Source: an uncultured virus (IMG/VR IMGVR_UViG_2643221868_000001) (taxonomy: Duplodnaviria; Heunggongvirae; Uroviricota; Caudoviricetes). From it: DNA of 64,000 nt. The stretch is taken from positions 23,769-87,768 of IMG/VR virus record IMGVR_UViG_2643221868_000001; one strand, given 5' to 3'. The notes beneath the pieces were generated by a model, which saw nothing but the letters and a program-made list of their open reading frames with translations, had not been told where the DNA came from and ran no database searches. The translations under genes were made by a program, and so were the position numbers. Below, piece by piece: positions 1 to 8,970 of the stretch. Every line of letters starts with the position of its first letter. Positions within the stretch are counted from its first letter, which is position 1.

Positions 1-1402
1 TGCGAAATGAACCGACGCGACTTGTCTGAGACGCCCTAGCGATCTCAACCGCCTTCTGAGCAGACGCAATTCTATCTTCCAGCGATCCGCCCGTAATACC
101 CTTGTCAATAGTCTTCCCGATACGGTCCCAGACGTCGGCAACCACCGCCCCGACGGTAGAGGTCATACGCCCCCAGCCTGAAGTTAATTCGGTCGCGTCG
201 GTCAAGCTTGCTTTGTAGGCATCAAATAGCACTCGCTGAGCCCCAAGACGATCGCCCTGGGACTGAAGCCGGCGGATCGTCTCCGACGTCCGATCATTTA
301 GGAACCCCAACTGGCTATTGAGGGCTTCCGCGCCTTTGGCCGGGTCAGCGAATGCCGCCGCCAGGGCCTTGTTCGCATCGCCCAGATCCTGGCCGGTGGT
401 GGCTGCGTAATCCTTCGCCGAGCCGATAAGGCCAACGTACATCTCTGTGCCGATTTTGCCCGTGGCGGCGTACTCGCCAGCCATCTGACGAGCCGAGCGG
501 ATGGATACGTCGCCAGCATCGGCAGCGGCAGGGGCCAGAGCGCCGATGGCAGCGCTAGTAGCCCCAGACGCCCGACCTAGCCCGGCGAGGTTTCGCTCAA
601 GCTCCTTCTGCGATGAGGAATACGAAAGCCATGCGGCGACACCGCCGAGCACAATAGCCGTTACACCGCCGATGGCGCCGCCGACCAGCCCGATACGGCC
701 AAGGAAGCCAGAAGCCGCCTCACCCGCCTGAGACAGGGCTCCCTTCACGCTCGCGCCGCCGGGGCCGGCAAAAACCTGCGCGATCTGCGGCCCCTGCTGC
801 ATGGCGATCATGCCGAGGCCGGAGCCGCTACCAAGCTGAGCAACGATATCGCCGCCCTGATAGAGGAGGTTCTGCGCCTGATCCGCGCGGAGGCGCCCGT
901 TCTGATTGGCCGCCGTCGGCGCGGTCATGCCGGGTCGCACTGGCACCGAACCATCCGAAGACAGGCCGGAAAGGCGGCCCACGGGCGTCATGGCCCGCGA
1001 AACAGCATCGCCGGCCGCGCCGAGGTTCTTCCATGCCGCGGCAGTACGATCCGCCGCGCTGGCAGACGCACCGAAGCGGGCCTGAAGCAGCCCGAGGGTC
1101 CGGTCGTAGGTAGCGGTATCGAGGGCTCCCTGCTGAAGTCCGCGGTTCAAGGTAGAGGTCTGACGCTCCAGCATCTGCTGAGCGCGAAACGCTTGGTCGA
1201 CCGAGGCGCGCACGCGATCAGTCGCCGTGCTCACGGAAAGCATGCGGCGGGACGCAGTCTCCGTCGTGACGGCGGTCCGCTCCGTCGCCTGACCGAGGTT
1301 GTCCTGAGCGGCAGCGGCTGACTGAGCATCGGTCTTGAACTTCTCCGCACCCTCGGAGATGTAACTGACCTTGATGCTGCGGACGGTATTCAGGGAGACC
1401 AT
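1..1402 (-). CDS. Tail tape measure protein, N-terminal part (runs off the left edge)
   Basis: Manual translation from ATG at 1402: MVSLNTVRSIKVSYISEGAEKF...; Ala-rich; contains NLLYQGGDIVAQLGSG...AMQQGPQIAQVF, typical of lambdoid TMPs; lies directly after the tail chaperones. Confidence 0.9.
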   Translation of the reverse strand, partial: MVSLNTVRSIKVSYISEGAEKFKTDAQSAAAAQDNLGQATERTAVTTETASRRMLSVSTATDRVRASVDQAFRAQQMLERQTSTLNRGLQQGALDTATYDRTLGLLQARFGASASAADRTAAAWKNLGAAGDAVSRAMTPVGRLSGLSSDGSVPVRPGMTAPTAANQNGRLRADQAQNLLYQGGDIVAQLGSGSGLGMIAMQQGPQIAQVFAGPGGASVKGALSQAGEAASGFLGRIGLVGGAIGGVTAIVLGGVAAWLSYSSSQKELERNLAGLGRASGATSAAIGALAPAAADAGDVSIRSARQMAGEYAATGKIGTEMYVGLIGSAKDYAATTGQDLGDANKALAAAFADPAKGAEALNSQLGFLNDRTSETIRRLQSQGDRLGAQRVLFDAYKASLTDATELTSGWGRMTSTVGAVVADVWDRIGKTIDKGITGGSLEDRIASAQKAVEIARASQTSRVGSFR

Positions 1403-1753
1403 CTACTTCTTCCTCCCCTCGTCCAGCTTCTTCGCGATGTAGCGTCGCCACTCGTCGTCCATCGCCCGGACCAGACGGCAGAACCGGTCGAATTCTTCGG
1501 TGGCCAAGATGCCGAACCGTTCGGCGTAGCGGTCGATCGACGCGAACTGGATTGGCCCCGGCGAGCCGAACCCCAGTTGCCGGTCGCCGGAAAGCCGCCA
1601 GAAGGCGTCCCAGGCGAAGATCAGGTGCTCGGGGAGGTCTGGACGGTCGATGAGCGCTTTTGGCTCAATCCCATCTTCTTCGGCCAGATCGGCCAGCCAC
1701 TCGGCCCGCTCGCCCCACTCCAGCTGCCAGCGGAGGGCGGCGGTTAGTTTCCC
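1403..1753 (-). CDS. Tail assembly chaperone, -1 frameshift extension (gpGT-like)
   Basis: Open -1 frame from the slippery site (GKLTAALRWQLEWG...AWDAFWRLSGDRQLGFG...) to TAG at 1403-1405, abutting the TMP start codon. Confidence 0.85.
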   Translation of the reverse strand, partial: GKLTAALRWQLEWGERAEWLADLAEEDGIEPKALIDRPDLPEHLIFAWDAFWRLSGDRQLGFGSPGPIQFASIDRYAERFGILATEEFDRFCRLVRAMDDEWRRYIAKKLDEGRKK

Positions 1754-2154
1754 TCCGCGTCCGTGACGCTGAGGTCAGCCTCATCAGCGACGACGCTGGC
1801 GGCCCAGAGCACGGCGCTGCGAAAGCGGGCGAAGTCCGGCTCGGTGAGCAGCTGGAGGGCGAGACCCGCCGAATACGGCACCGCCTCCCCTTCGTCCCCC
1901 GTCAGTCCACGCCAGTCCTCCAGAACCGCCTCGTGGAGGCATTCCGAGACGATCCGGTCGCGGGTATCGGGTTCGAGGCCGCGGACCTTCTTCTGCCGCG
2001 GCACCGCCTCGACCTTTTTATCCATGAGGCGCCGGTACTCGGTGTTGCCGAGACCGCGAACCTTCAGCTCCAGGCCATCCATGTCGGGGATGTCCCTGAC
2101 CCACTGCCCCTGTTCGAGCTTGGCGGAGTCGGTCTTGAGGGCGGAGAGCTTCAC
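1744..2154 (-). CDS. Tail assembly chaperone (gpG-like)
   Basis: GTG start at 2154 (MKLSALKTDSAKLEQG...); lies between the tail tube and TMP genes; ends in a slippery site. Confidence 0.85.
   Translation of the reverse strand: MKLSALKTDSAKLEQGQWVRDIPDMDGLELKVRGLGNTEYRRLMDKKVEAVPRQKKVRGLEPDTRDRIVSECLHEAVLEDWRGLTGDEGEAVPYSAGLALQLLTEPDFARFRSAVLWAASVVADEADLSVTDAEGN
1747..1753 (-). promoter_or_regulatory. Programmed -1 ribosomal frameshift slippery site G GGA AAC
   Basis: XXXYYYZ heptamer in the correct phase, immediately before the TAA of the chaperone gene; same arrangement as lambda G/GT. Confidence 0.85.
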
Positions 2155-2351
2155 GCGGCAGTGTCCTTCTTCGTGGGGGCGGCAGGCGCGGTCGGCGCGG
2201 GCTTCGCCTCGATTTCCTTGGCCAGACCCTTCTCGACGAGGAGGTCGGCGAACTCGTTGGACACCTCGGGCTCGTCGCCCTTGGTGAAGCGCTTCTCGTC
2301 CTTGCCGTTCGGGTAGCCGTCGAACGTCTCGGTGATGCGGATGGTCTTCAT
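2151..2351 (-). CDS. Small tail-region hypothetical protein (66 aa)
   Basis: Start and stop overlap both neighbouring genes; typical small structural-operon ORF. Confidence 0.7.
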   Translation of the reverse strand: MKTIRITETFDGYPNGKDEKRFTKGDEPEVSNEFADLLVEKGLAKEIEAKPAPTAPAAPTKKDTAA

Positions 2352-3283
2352 CAGGCAACCCCACGGGTGATCTGGAGGGATGCGCCGGTGGTGGCATCGA
2401 GCACGGCCCGGTAGGGAATGCTCACCATCACATCGTCGCTGTTACCGCCTGGCCGGCGCTCGCCGTTGCCGAGGATGATCTTGGGGAGCAGGAAGGTGTA
2501 CTTCTGGTTCGTGGCGTTGCCGACCGTGAAGGTCAGGGCCGCGCTGCCGTGGTCGAGCACCTTCTGGTACAGCTCGTTCGTCTCGAAATAGCACTCCAGC
2601 GTGCCGGTGACCTCGCACATCCCGTAGCCGAAGGAGTCGGTGTAGAGGTTGCCGACGACCGGCCGGGTGCGCAGGTTGTTGTTCACCTCCAGGGTGAGGC
2701 TGCGGACCTTGGCCGGATTGGTAAGGCCAGAGACGGTCAGGTTCGCGACGTTGGCCGAGGCCGTTGAGATCGGCGTCGCTCCCGAAGCAGCATAGGTCGA
2801 GCCGGTGACGATCGCGGTGTCCAGCAGCTCTTTCTGCGCCATGATGGTCGCAGAGCCTGTGATGGCCGCGCGTGCCGTGATGGCGAGGCTGAGCATGCTC
2901 ACCATGGCGCCGGTGAAGCGCGAATAGGAGCGCGCCGCGCCGCCGATGTTGATGGTTTCCTCGAACGAGAACGACTTCACGTCGGTGCCGTTTTTCAGGA
3001 CGTTGGTCGTCCAGGTGCCGAAGAGAGCGCCCTCGAGCATGTCGTCGAGGCTGCCGTAGCTCAGCTCGAAATTGTAGGCTCCCGAGACGTCCTGGCCGAG
3101 CTGGAACTCGTCGCGGATGTTGCGGTCGGACTGGATCTCATCCGACGTGCCGGTGGTCTTGTTCGTCCGCGGCCCGCCGCCGGTGGAGCGGAACGTCTTG
3201 AACGAGGGCGTTGCCGGGGTCACCCCGTAGGTGGCCTCCGCGACATAGGCGATCCGTCGGCTAGAGCCGATTGCGATGGTCAT
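2351..3283 (-). CDS. Major tail tube protein
   Basis: 310 aa, Thr/Gly-rich, IAYVAEATYGVTP N-terminus; follows the tail terminator. Confidence 0.85.
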   Translation of the reverse strand: MTIAIGSSRRIAYVAEATYGVTPATPSFKTFRSTGGGPRTNKTTGTSDEIQSDRNIRDEFQLGQDVSGAYNFELSYGSLDDMLEGALFGTWTTNVLKNGTDVKSFSFEETINIGGAARSYSRFTGAMVSMLSLAITARAAITGSATIMAQKELLDTAIVTGSTYAASGATPISTASANVANLTVSGLTNPAKVRSLTLEVNNNLRTRPVVGNLYTDSFGYGMCEVTGTLECYFETNELYQKVLDHGSAALTFTVGNATNQKYTFLLPKIILGNGERRPGGNSDDVMVSIPYRAVLDATTGASLQITRGVA

Positions 3284-3320
3284 GATGTGCTCCAGGGGTG
3301 AGGCGGAGAGCGATCAGCGC

Positions 3321-3731
3321 TCAGCCGAGGATGTCCGCGGTGTACGGGACTGCGATGGACAAGGTGAAGTACTTGCCGTTGTCGTTCCGGTCGTCGATCG
3401 CCGGAGATGACGGGGCGAAGGTCTGGACACCACCGAACTCTTTGGCTCGGAAGATCGCGGCGATTTCATCGGCCCATTGCAGGCCATCCGAGACGCCCTT
3501 GCCACGCTTCGCGTTGATCTCGATGCGGAAGGCGCCTTCCTCGCGGTAGACGTTCTCTCCCGGTGCTCCGACCGTCAGCTGATCGCCATTCGCAACGGGA
3601 TAGGACACCTGCAGGAATGGGCTGTTATCGACCGGCGTGTCGCCAACCGTGTTGAGGCCAACGACGGGACACCGATCCCATTCCGATGCGAGTTTGGCCT
3701 CCACGGCATCGACGACGAGCTTCAGCGGCAT
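3321..3731 (-). CDS. Tail terminator / completion protein
   Basis: 136 aa, immediately upstream of the tail tube gene; call rests on size and synteny. Confidence 0.7.
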   Translation of the reverse strand: MPLKLVVDAVEAKLASEWDRCPVVGLNTVGDTPVDNSPFLQVSYPVANGDQLTVGAPGENVYREEGAFRIEINAKRGKGVSDGLQWADEIAAIFRAKEFGGVQTFAPSSPAIDDRNDNGKYFTLSIAVPYTADILG

Positions 3732-3734
3732 CGG

Positions 3735-4415
3735 TCAGCGCCCCGGATCGATGTAGATGGCGGGCTGACGGGTGAGCCAGTCGCGGCGCTTATTGGCGCT
3801 GCCGCCTCGAACGTCTTTGGCGAGCTTGGCGGCCGATGCGCTATCAGCCCATTTGCCGACCGCGCCGCCAGGGAACGACCGGTACGAAAAGCCGACATAG
3901 GCGATGTTGCCGAACCGACGCTTCGCGAGAGTGGCGACCGCCTGATAGACGCCCTCCGGCGCCTGCTGGCTCTGCCCGCGCTCGATTTTACGGCTATACG
4001 GCTGCGCGTTAAGCGCGATGTACGACTCGGCCGGCGGCGGGTTCTGCGGGTCCATCTCGACGTTGTCGGCGAACCAGACGTGGCTGCGGGCGTACCGCTC
4101 GGTCTTGACCGGCGAATGGATGATAAGCTGCTCGTCCACCCACTGGATCACGTCGATCAGCAGGTGGAACTCGATGCTGACGATGCTGCGCGGGTTGATG
4201 CCCTGAAGGCTCTCGCGCTTCGCCCCGTCGATGAACGTGTCATGGTCCGGCACGTAGCCAAGCGCTTGGCGGTTGATGTCCTGCGCCTCGGTCAACGCCT
4301 CGGTGGCGAAGGTCGCCAGTTGAGCGCTCTGCATCTCGGGCGAGAGTTCTTCGTTGAGCATCACCGCGATATCGCGAGAGATCGGGTCGAGACGAACCGA
4401 TGTCCGGCCGACCAT
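3735..4415 (-). CDS. Neck / tail completion protein (HK97 gp10-like position)
   Basis: SPVKTERYARSH and NAQPYSRKIERG motifs; synteny. Confidence 0.6.
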   Translation of the reverse strand: MVGRTSVRLDPISRDIAVMLNEELSPEMQSAQLATFATEALTEAQDINRQALGYVPDHDTFIDGAKRESLQGINPRSIVSIEFHLLIDVIQWVDEQLIIHSPVKTERYARSHVWFADNVEMDPQNPPPAESYIALNAQPYSRKIERGQSQQAPEGVYQAVATLAKRRFGNIAYVGFSYRSFPGGAVGKWADSASAAKLAKDVRGGSANKRRDWLTRQPAIYIDPGR

Positions 4416-4744
4416 CAGCCGGTGATCCACAAATTCCAGCGCACCACCTCACCACCGACACGGACGGGGTTTGCGACTTGGATGGTGCGGTAGCGTCCGC
4501 CGACTGTGAGGCCGCCGAGGCGAGCCGGATCGACCGTGAGGCCCGTAGGCGAGAGGACGACCTCGCTGTCTCCCTGGTTGATGCCGCCGGAGAGCTCGTC
4601 CGGCTTGTAGCCCCGCACGAAAGCGCGAAGCGTCAGATCCTGCGAGCCGTCGTCGGGCGCATCCTGGCCCCGCAACACGACGTCCTCACCCTTCTTGGCG
4701 AGTTGCCGATCTAGCTTGGCGATCTCATGGGCTGCGAGGCTCAT
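4415..4744 (-). CDS. Head closure / head-tail adaptor protein
   Basis: 109 aa, coupled to the connector gene; synteny. Confidence 0.65.
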   Translation of the reverse strand: MSLAAHEIAKLDRQLAKKGEDVVLRGQDAPDDGSQDLTLRAFVRGYKPDELSGGINQGDSEVVLSPTGLTVDPARLGGLTVGGRYRTIQVANPVRVGGEVVRWNLWITG

Positions 4745-5394
4745 GCGAACAGCATCCGCCGGTACTGAGACAGGATGGATTCGGCCTCGGGATGCGGGAG
4801 CGCGGCGTTCGCGCCCTGGACGTAGAAATCGGTCTGCCCGACGCCGTCCGTTTGCTCGCTCTTCACTGTGATATCCCGGCCCGACATGGACGCCGCGACC
4901 CCAACTAGCTGGATCACAGCGCGCTCGATGTCGGCCGGGAGATCCTCGGCAAGGGAGGTGACGCCGTTGACCTCGCGCTCCTCACCCGGAAGCAGCCACC
5001 CGGCCTCGTAGTCGATCGCGAGCCGCGAACCGCGCCAGCATGTGCGCTCGCCCGCCAGGGTCAGAAAAACTTCGCGCCCACCGACGACCTCAAAGGCCTC
5101 CGGGGCGTAGGTGACGCCATCAACGAAGGCACCGAGGATGCGAACGACAGGCCCGCGGTCGAGGAGGATTCCACCATCGTCCGTGCGGTAGCCGCAGAGA
5201 TTGACCCGCTCGCGCACCGTTTCCCTACCGAAGACGCGCCGGCAGTAGGAGGCAGCCTGCTGCGAGGCCTGGTCGATCCAGCGATCCAGCTGAGCATCTG
5301 CGGGGGAGCCGGCAGGCAGGCCGAGATCTCCGCGCGCGTTCGCAGCCGTGGTGAGGCGCTTCTGTGCGGCCGGCGTGAGGACGGTGACGCTCAT
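4741..5394 (-). CDS. Head-tail connector protein (gp6-like)
   Basis: LDRWIDQAS..AASYCRR.F and YEAGW...LPADIERAVIQL motifs typical of gp6-like connectors. Confidence 0.8.
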   Translation of the reverse strand: MSVTVLTPAAQKRLTTAANARGDLGLPAGSPADAQLDRWIDQASQQAASYCRRVFGRETVRERVNLCGYRTDDGGILLDRGPVVRILGAFVDGVTYAPEAFEVVGGREVFLTLAGERTCWRGSRLAIDYEAGWLLPGEEREVNGVTSLAEDLPADIERAVIQLVGVAASMSGRDITVKSEQTDGVGQTDFYVQGANAALPHPEAESILSQYRRMLFA

Positions 5395-6059
5395 CAGTTG
5401 CAGATCACTCTGATGGTCACGGGGGTAGACGGAGCAGGCTCAAACGGCCCGTCCGTCAGAAGCAGGGTGCCCTTCGAGCGCTTCACCGCGACGGTGGCGC
5501 CCGACAGGGTCTGAGCCGTCACACCGCCGACGATCATCTGATTGCCGGACCACGTGGGGATGATGTCGACATCGGCCGCCGATGTGCACGCGGCCCAAGT
5601 GAACGTGGCGACCGGGGCCGTCAGGCTTGCGCTCGAGGTGGCGGTGTAGCGCTCGACGCGCTTCGGGGCGCCAGCGGCGCCGGTCGCGCCCGTTTCGCCC
5701 TTTAGTCCCGCGGCTCCCGGCTGTCCCGCAGCGCCAGCGTCGCCTTTCGGGCCTGCGACTCCAACCGGACCCTGCGGGCCTGTTCCCCCGGCGGCACCCG
5801 CGGGGCCAGCAGCACCCGCTGCGCCCGGAGTACCTGTGTCGCCTTTTTGTCCGGCATTTCCTGCATCTCCCTTTGGGCCGGCAACGCCTGACGGACCGGG
5901 ATTTCCCTGCGGCCCAACCGCACCGGGATCGCCTTGAGGGCCTGCAGGACCGGTGCGCTGGACACCGTCGCCCATCATGGGGCTGATGGAGCGCAAGGTG
6001 CTCTCGGCCGGCGATACGAGCCCAAGGCTCAGGCATGCGAGAAGCCACAGGACGCGCAT
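5394..6059 (-). CDS. Collagen-like (Gly-X-Y) protein with N-terminal signal-peptide-like segment
   Basis: About 30 consecutive GXY triplets; hydrophobic N-terminus MRVLWLLACLSLGLVSPAES. Confidence 0.8.
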   Translation of the reverse strand: MRVLWLLACLSLGLVSPAESTLRSISPMMGDGVQRTGPAGPQGDPGAVGPQGNPGPSGVAGPKGDAGNAGQKGDTGTPGAAGAAGPAGAAGGTGPQGPVGVAGPKGDAGAAGQPGAAGLKGETGATGAAGAPKRVERYTATSSASLTAPVATFTWAACTSAADVDIIPTWSGNQMIVGGVTAQTLSGATVAVKRSKGTLLLTDGPFEPAPSTPVTIRVICN

Positions 6060-6562
6060 CAGCCGCCGTTCCCGTAGTTGAGTTCTAGGTTGCAGTCCGC
6101 CGATGGGGCAGCGAGCGCCATGATGGAGACGAATCCGGGGCTGGACGTGCCGAAGGTCTCAGCAGAGCGCGCCATCACCCGGACGCCAGTGGTCGGCGTC
6201 ACCTGCTGCGTGAGATCGGCGACGCGGCGAGCGCGAATGTCGACGTTGCAGGGGTTGATGATGCGATAGCTCGTAACCGAGGCGGGCTTGTCGACCTGGA
6301 ATTGCTTCGGGGTCGTAGTGATGCCCGCGAAGATGATCGGGTCTCCGCCGTTGGCGAATGAAAAGGGCGTGGAGAGGACGGTGAGCGGGGTGGTGGGACC
6401 GCCGCAGGGAAGCGCCTCTCGTGCCTTCCCCGTGGCGCAGTAGATGACATTGCCCAGAATGGGAGTGCCGTCCGGCTGCTGCCAACCGTTGTAGAAGCTC
6501 TGCGCCGAGACCACGCCCGTCAGAGCGAGCAGGGTCGCAATGGTGAGGATGATACGGCACAT
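6059..6562 (-). CDS. Hypothetical protein with signal-peptide-like N-terminus
   Basis: MCRIILTIATLLALTGVVSAQ; translationally coupled to the collagen-like gene. Confidence 0.7.
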   Translation of the reverse strand: MCRIILTIATLLALTGVVSAQSFYNGWQQPDGTPILGNVIYCATGKAREALPCGGPTTPLTVLSTPFSFANGGDPIIFAGITTTPKQFQVDKPASVTSYRIINPCNVDIRARRVADLTQQVTPTTGVRVMARSAETFGTSSPGFVSIMALAAPSADCNLELNYGNGG

Positions 6563-6567
6563 GTGGG

Positions 6568-6846
6568 TCAGTCCCGCGCTACGGGGCCGCGACGGCCACG
6601 AGGCTTGGCGTCGTTGTCGATCATGGCCTCAGCTTCGAGGGGCGCCTTGCCTGCTTCGGCTGCGACAGTCTCCGGCGCCTCGTCGGCGTGAGCGGAGCCG
6701 TCCAGCATCCGAGCGAAGCCGTTGGCCGTAAGCTCGACCGCGTGCGGACGCTCAACCTCATAGGCAGGGCTGTGAGAATGCTTGGTCTCCGCACCCTCGT
6801 TGTACGAGGTGAGCGGCTGAACCATCACGGTGTCAGATTTTGCCAT
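6568..6846 (-). CDS. Helper MCP-companion small protein
   Basis: Directly downstream of the MCP stop; VMVQPLTSYNEG...AYEVERPHAVELTANG aligns by eye with the satellite ORFs at 13152-13382 and 31480-31710. Confidence 0.75.
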   Translation of the reverse strand: MAKSDTVMVQPLTSYNEGAETKHSHSPAYEVERPHAVELTANGFARMLDGSAHADEAPETVAAEAGKAPLEAEAMIDNDAKPRGRRGPVARD

Positions 6847-6923
6847 GTCGGCAGACCCCTGTGAGAGGGAGGCGACGGCGCGAGGGCGCCGCCGGTCGTT
6901 GATGGAGAGGCTCACGCCGCCGA

Positions 6924-7019
6924 TTAGACGACGGTGGTGAGCTGGCCCTGGACGAAAGCCGCCGGGCGGTAGACGGCGAGCGCGAGGCGCTCCTCGGCGC
7001 GAATGGTGATCATGTTCTT
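6924..7019 (-). CDS. Helper major capsid protein, C-terminal fragment (piece 3 of 3)
   Basis: Manual translation KNMITIRAEERLALAVYRPAAFVQGQLTTVV*, a canonical HK97-fold C-terminus; too short for the ORF track. Confidence 0.95.
   Translation of the reverse strand, partial: KNMITIRAEERLALAVYRPAAFVQGQLTTVV
7006..7019 (+). repeat. att core of element B, integrase-proximal copy (GTGATCATGTTCTT)
   Basis: Identical to 22869-22882; 17/18 match if extended to 7002 and 22865. Confidence 0.93.
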
Positions 7020-7030
7020 TGGCTGAGAAA

Positions 7031-7043
7031 TATCAACGACTTA
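7031..7043 (+). promoter_or_regulatory. IHF-like site in the att arm of element B (TATCAACGACTTA)
   Basis: Perfect match to the WATCAANNNNTTR consensus, 11 bp inside the core; followed by two ATGGG-starting repeats 11 bp apart (7051, 7062). Confidence 0.7.
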
Positions 7044-7085
7044 GCGGCCTATGGGCGCGCTATGGGAACATGCCGTTTCGTTTTC

Positions 7086-8276
7086 TCAGGGAGTGAGGAG
7101 CAGTTCCAGCTTCGGTGCGGCCAAAAGTTCTGCTGCCATCACCTCGAAAGCGTCGGTTCGGCGATGCCCTCCGACGATAGGGTGGGCGTAAATTTGAAGC
7201 GTCACGTCGAACTTCTGGTGTCCCATGAGCGAGGCCGCATCGGGAAGCGGGCACCCGTTGTGAATCCACCAACTCGCGGCGAAGTGACGAAGTGCGTGGA
7301 AGTGAAGTTGGTCGCCCTGACGATCCAGGCCAGCGCGCTTCAAGAGCGCCTGCCAATAGTGGACGTTGAAGGCAGACCACATGATCATGCGGCCGTTCTC
7401 GCCCCGAAAGACGAGATCGCGGTCGTTCTCGACGAAGCAGTCGTCCAGCCACCGGCTAAGGAGGGCGCGGACGTGGCTCGGCATCGGGACATCCCGCTCC
7501 CCCGATTTGGTCTTCGGCCCCTTCAGTATGTCAAAGGGTGTGAGGCTATGTCGGACCTCAATGACCCCCGCCTGGAAGTTGATGCGCGACCGCTTCAGGC
7601 CCATGATTTCGCCAAGGCGCAGACCACAGAACGCCGCGAGGTGGACCGCGCATTGCAGCATCCGATGGGTTCGGGCGTGCTGCCATTTCGCTCGGGTCTC
7701 GACCGTGGCGATTAGAGCCTGAACCTGCGGAAGGGTGAATGTGCGGATCGGGTCGGATTTGACGCTGCCGATCTCTTTCAGCGCATCTGCGACCGGGTTC
7801 ACGGCGAGGTACTTCCGCTTGATGGCGAAGGCGCACATGAGCTTGAACTCAAGCACGCGCCCTTTGGCCGTTGCTGGCTTCAAGCGGCGCTCTCTAACCA
7901 GCTTCGCATACCAGTCCTCAACATCGACCGGCGTCACCTGATCCATCCGACGCTTGGCGAAATATGGAAGGACTGAGCAGCGCGCTGCGACGCCCAGGTT
8001 CTTCAAGCGTCCATGGCTGATCCGACCATCCCTCTGCCGATCCTCCATCACCCTCAGATATTCATCGGCGATTTGCTGGACCGTCCTGGGGACTAGCTTC
8101 GGCCGATGGATGCCCTCCACTTTGTCCGTCTCTACACGAGCCTTGAAAGCCTTCGCATCCTTCTGCTTGGCAAAGGTCTCAGACTCCTGCTTGTCTCCGT
8201 CCCGATACCTGACGCGCCATCCGACCTTTTTCTCTCCCTTCGCCGTGACCCATTCCCGCTTCTCAATGCTCGCCAT
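7086..8276 (-). CDS. int: Tyrosine integrase of element B
   Basis: MASIEKREW start; catalytic motifs GLRLGE, HALRH, LMGH, TLQIYAH. Confidence 0.95.
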   Translation of the reverse strand: MASIEKREWVTAKGEKKVGWRVRYRDGDKQESETFAKQKDAKAFKARVETDKVEGIHRPKLVPRTVQQIADEYLRVMEDRQRDGRISHGRLKNLGVAARCSVLPYFAKRRMDQVTPVDVEDWYAKLVRERRLKPATAKGRVLEFKLMCAFAIKRKYLAVNPVADALKEIGSVKSDPIRTFTLPQVQALIATVETRAKWQHARTHRMLQCAVHLAAFCGLRLGEIMGLKRSRINFQAGVIEVRHSLTPFDILKGPKTKSGERDVPMPSHVRALLSRWLDDCFVENDRDLVFRGENGRMIMWSAFNVHYWQALLKRAGLDRQGDQLHFHALRHFAASWWIHNGCPLPDAASLMGHQKFDVTLQIYAHPIVGGHRRTDAFEVMAAELLAAPKLELLLTP

Positions 8277-8277
8277 G

Positions 8278-8583
8278 TCAGAGGTCTCCTCGGGTCGAAG
8301 GGGAAGCGCCGTGCGGCACAGCGGTATAGCTGACGTCCATCGCGGCCTGCCGACCCGTGGCCCACAACTCCGGCACGATAGGAAGTCGGAGCGCAAACCA
8401 GAGTGAGCCGGCGGAGCGACCTTCGTTGTTTCGCCCGCCCTCCGACCCCTCACGACGCATCCCCCGCGAAGAAGATTTCTTGAGTCCAGCATCCACAGTG
8501 GCACGTTTGGTTGGGACACTCTGATAGCTCGCAGCCGGGCTCACAGCCGCACTACGCGGCCGGCTGTGGGTTTGGAAAGACAT
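8278..8583 (-). pseudogene. Truncated/chimeric antirepressor-like ORF
   Basis: C-terminus (AGSLWFALRLPIVPE...HGASPSTRGDL) is nearly identical to that of 24370-24963, but the N-terminal antirepressor domain is missing. Confidence 0.55.
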
Positions 8584-8584
8584 G

Positions 8585-8930
8585 ATCCCGGGTTCTCTGG
8601 GGCTCGAACCGGCTTCTCACGGCCGGTGGCTCCCTCGCCGGGGAACCAATGCCAGCGGACGACACTGGCGCCGGGAGGGTGAGAACACGCCTCAGAGAAC
8701 GTGCCCGCTCGCCTTCCCCCTCTCGGGGTCTTGTATAGCGAACGGACTCCCAGCATAGTATCGCCGGTCGCGCCCGCTAGTTAAAGTGGGCACGTCGTTT
8801 TACGGGGCTCTTCACTCGGCAAGGTGATTAGCTTCCGTCTGAGATAGAACCGCCAACCCCTAGTAGGGCCCGGTTCGGGAGTTCTCACGCTCCGTATTCA
8901 TCATGACACGAGAAACCCGAGCCCAGCAAG
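8585..8930 (-). ncRNA. Putative c4/P4-CI-like antisense immunity RNA with target sites (Ash-like region), element B
   Basis: Promoter-like TTGCTG-17-CATGAT on the - strand; hairpin loop GTGAGAAC (8881-8888) is complementary to a downstream site (8679-8686); the region is homologous to 26260-26610. Confidence 0.55.
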
Positions 8931-8970
8931 GCGGCGCGGCGTTCGCCGTGCGCATAGGGTGAGGGGCATC

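Noticed and set aside
5660-5950. Repetitive GC-rich DNA as a non-coding repeat
   Set aside because: It is explained by Gly-X-Y collagen codons.
8277-8519. 81-aa N-terminal extension of the element B integrase given by the ORF track
   Set aside because: Alignment with integrase A and the GAGA-type RBS support the start at 8276 (MASIEKREW).
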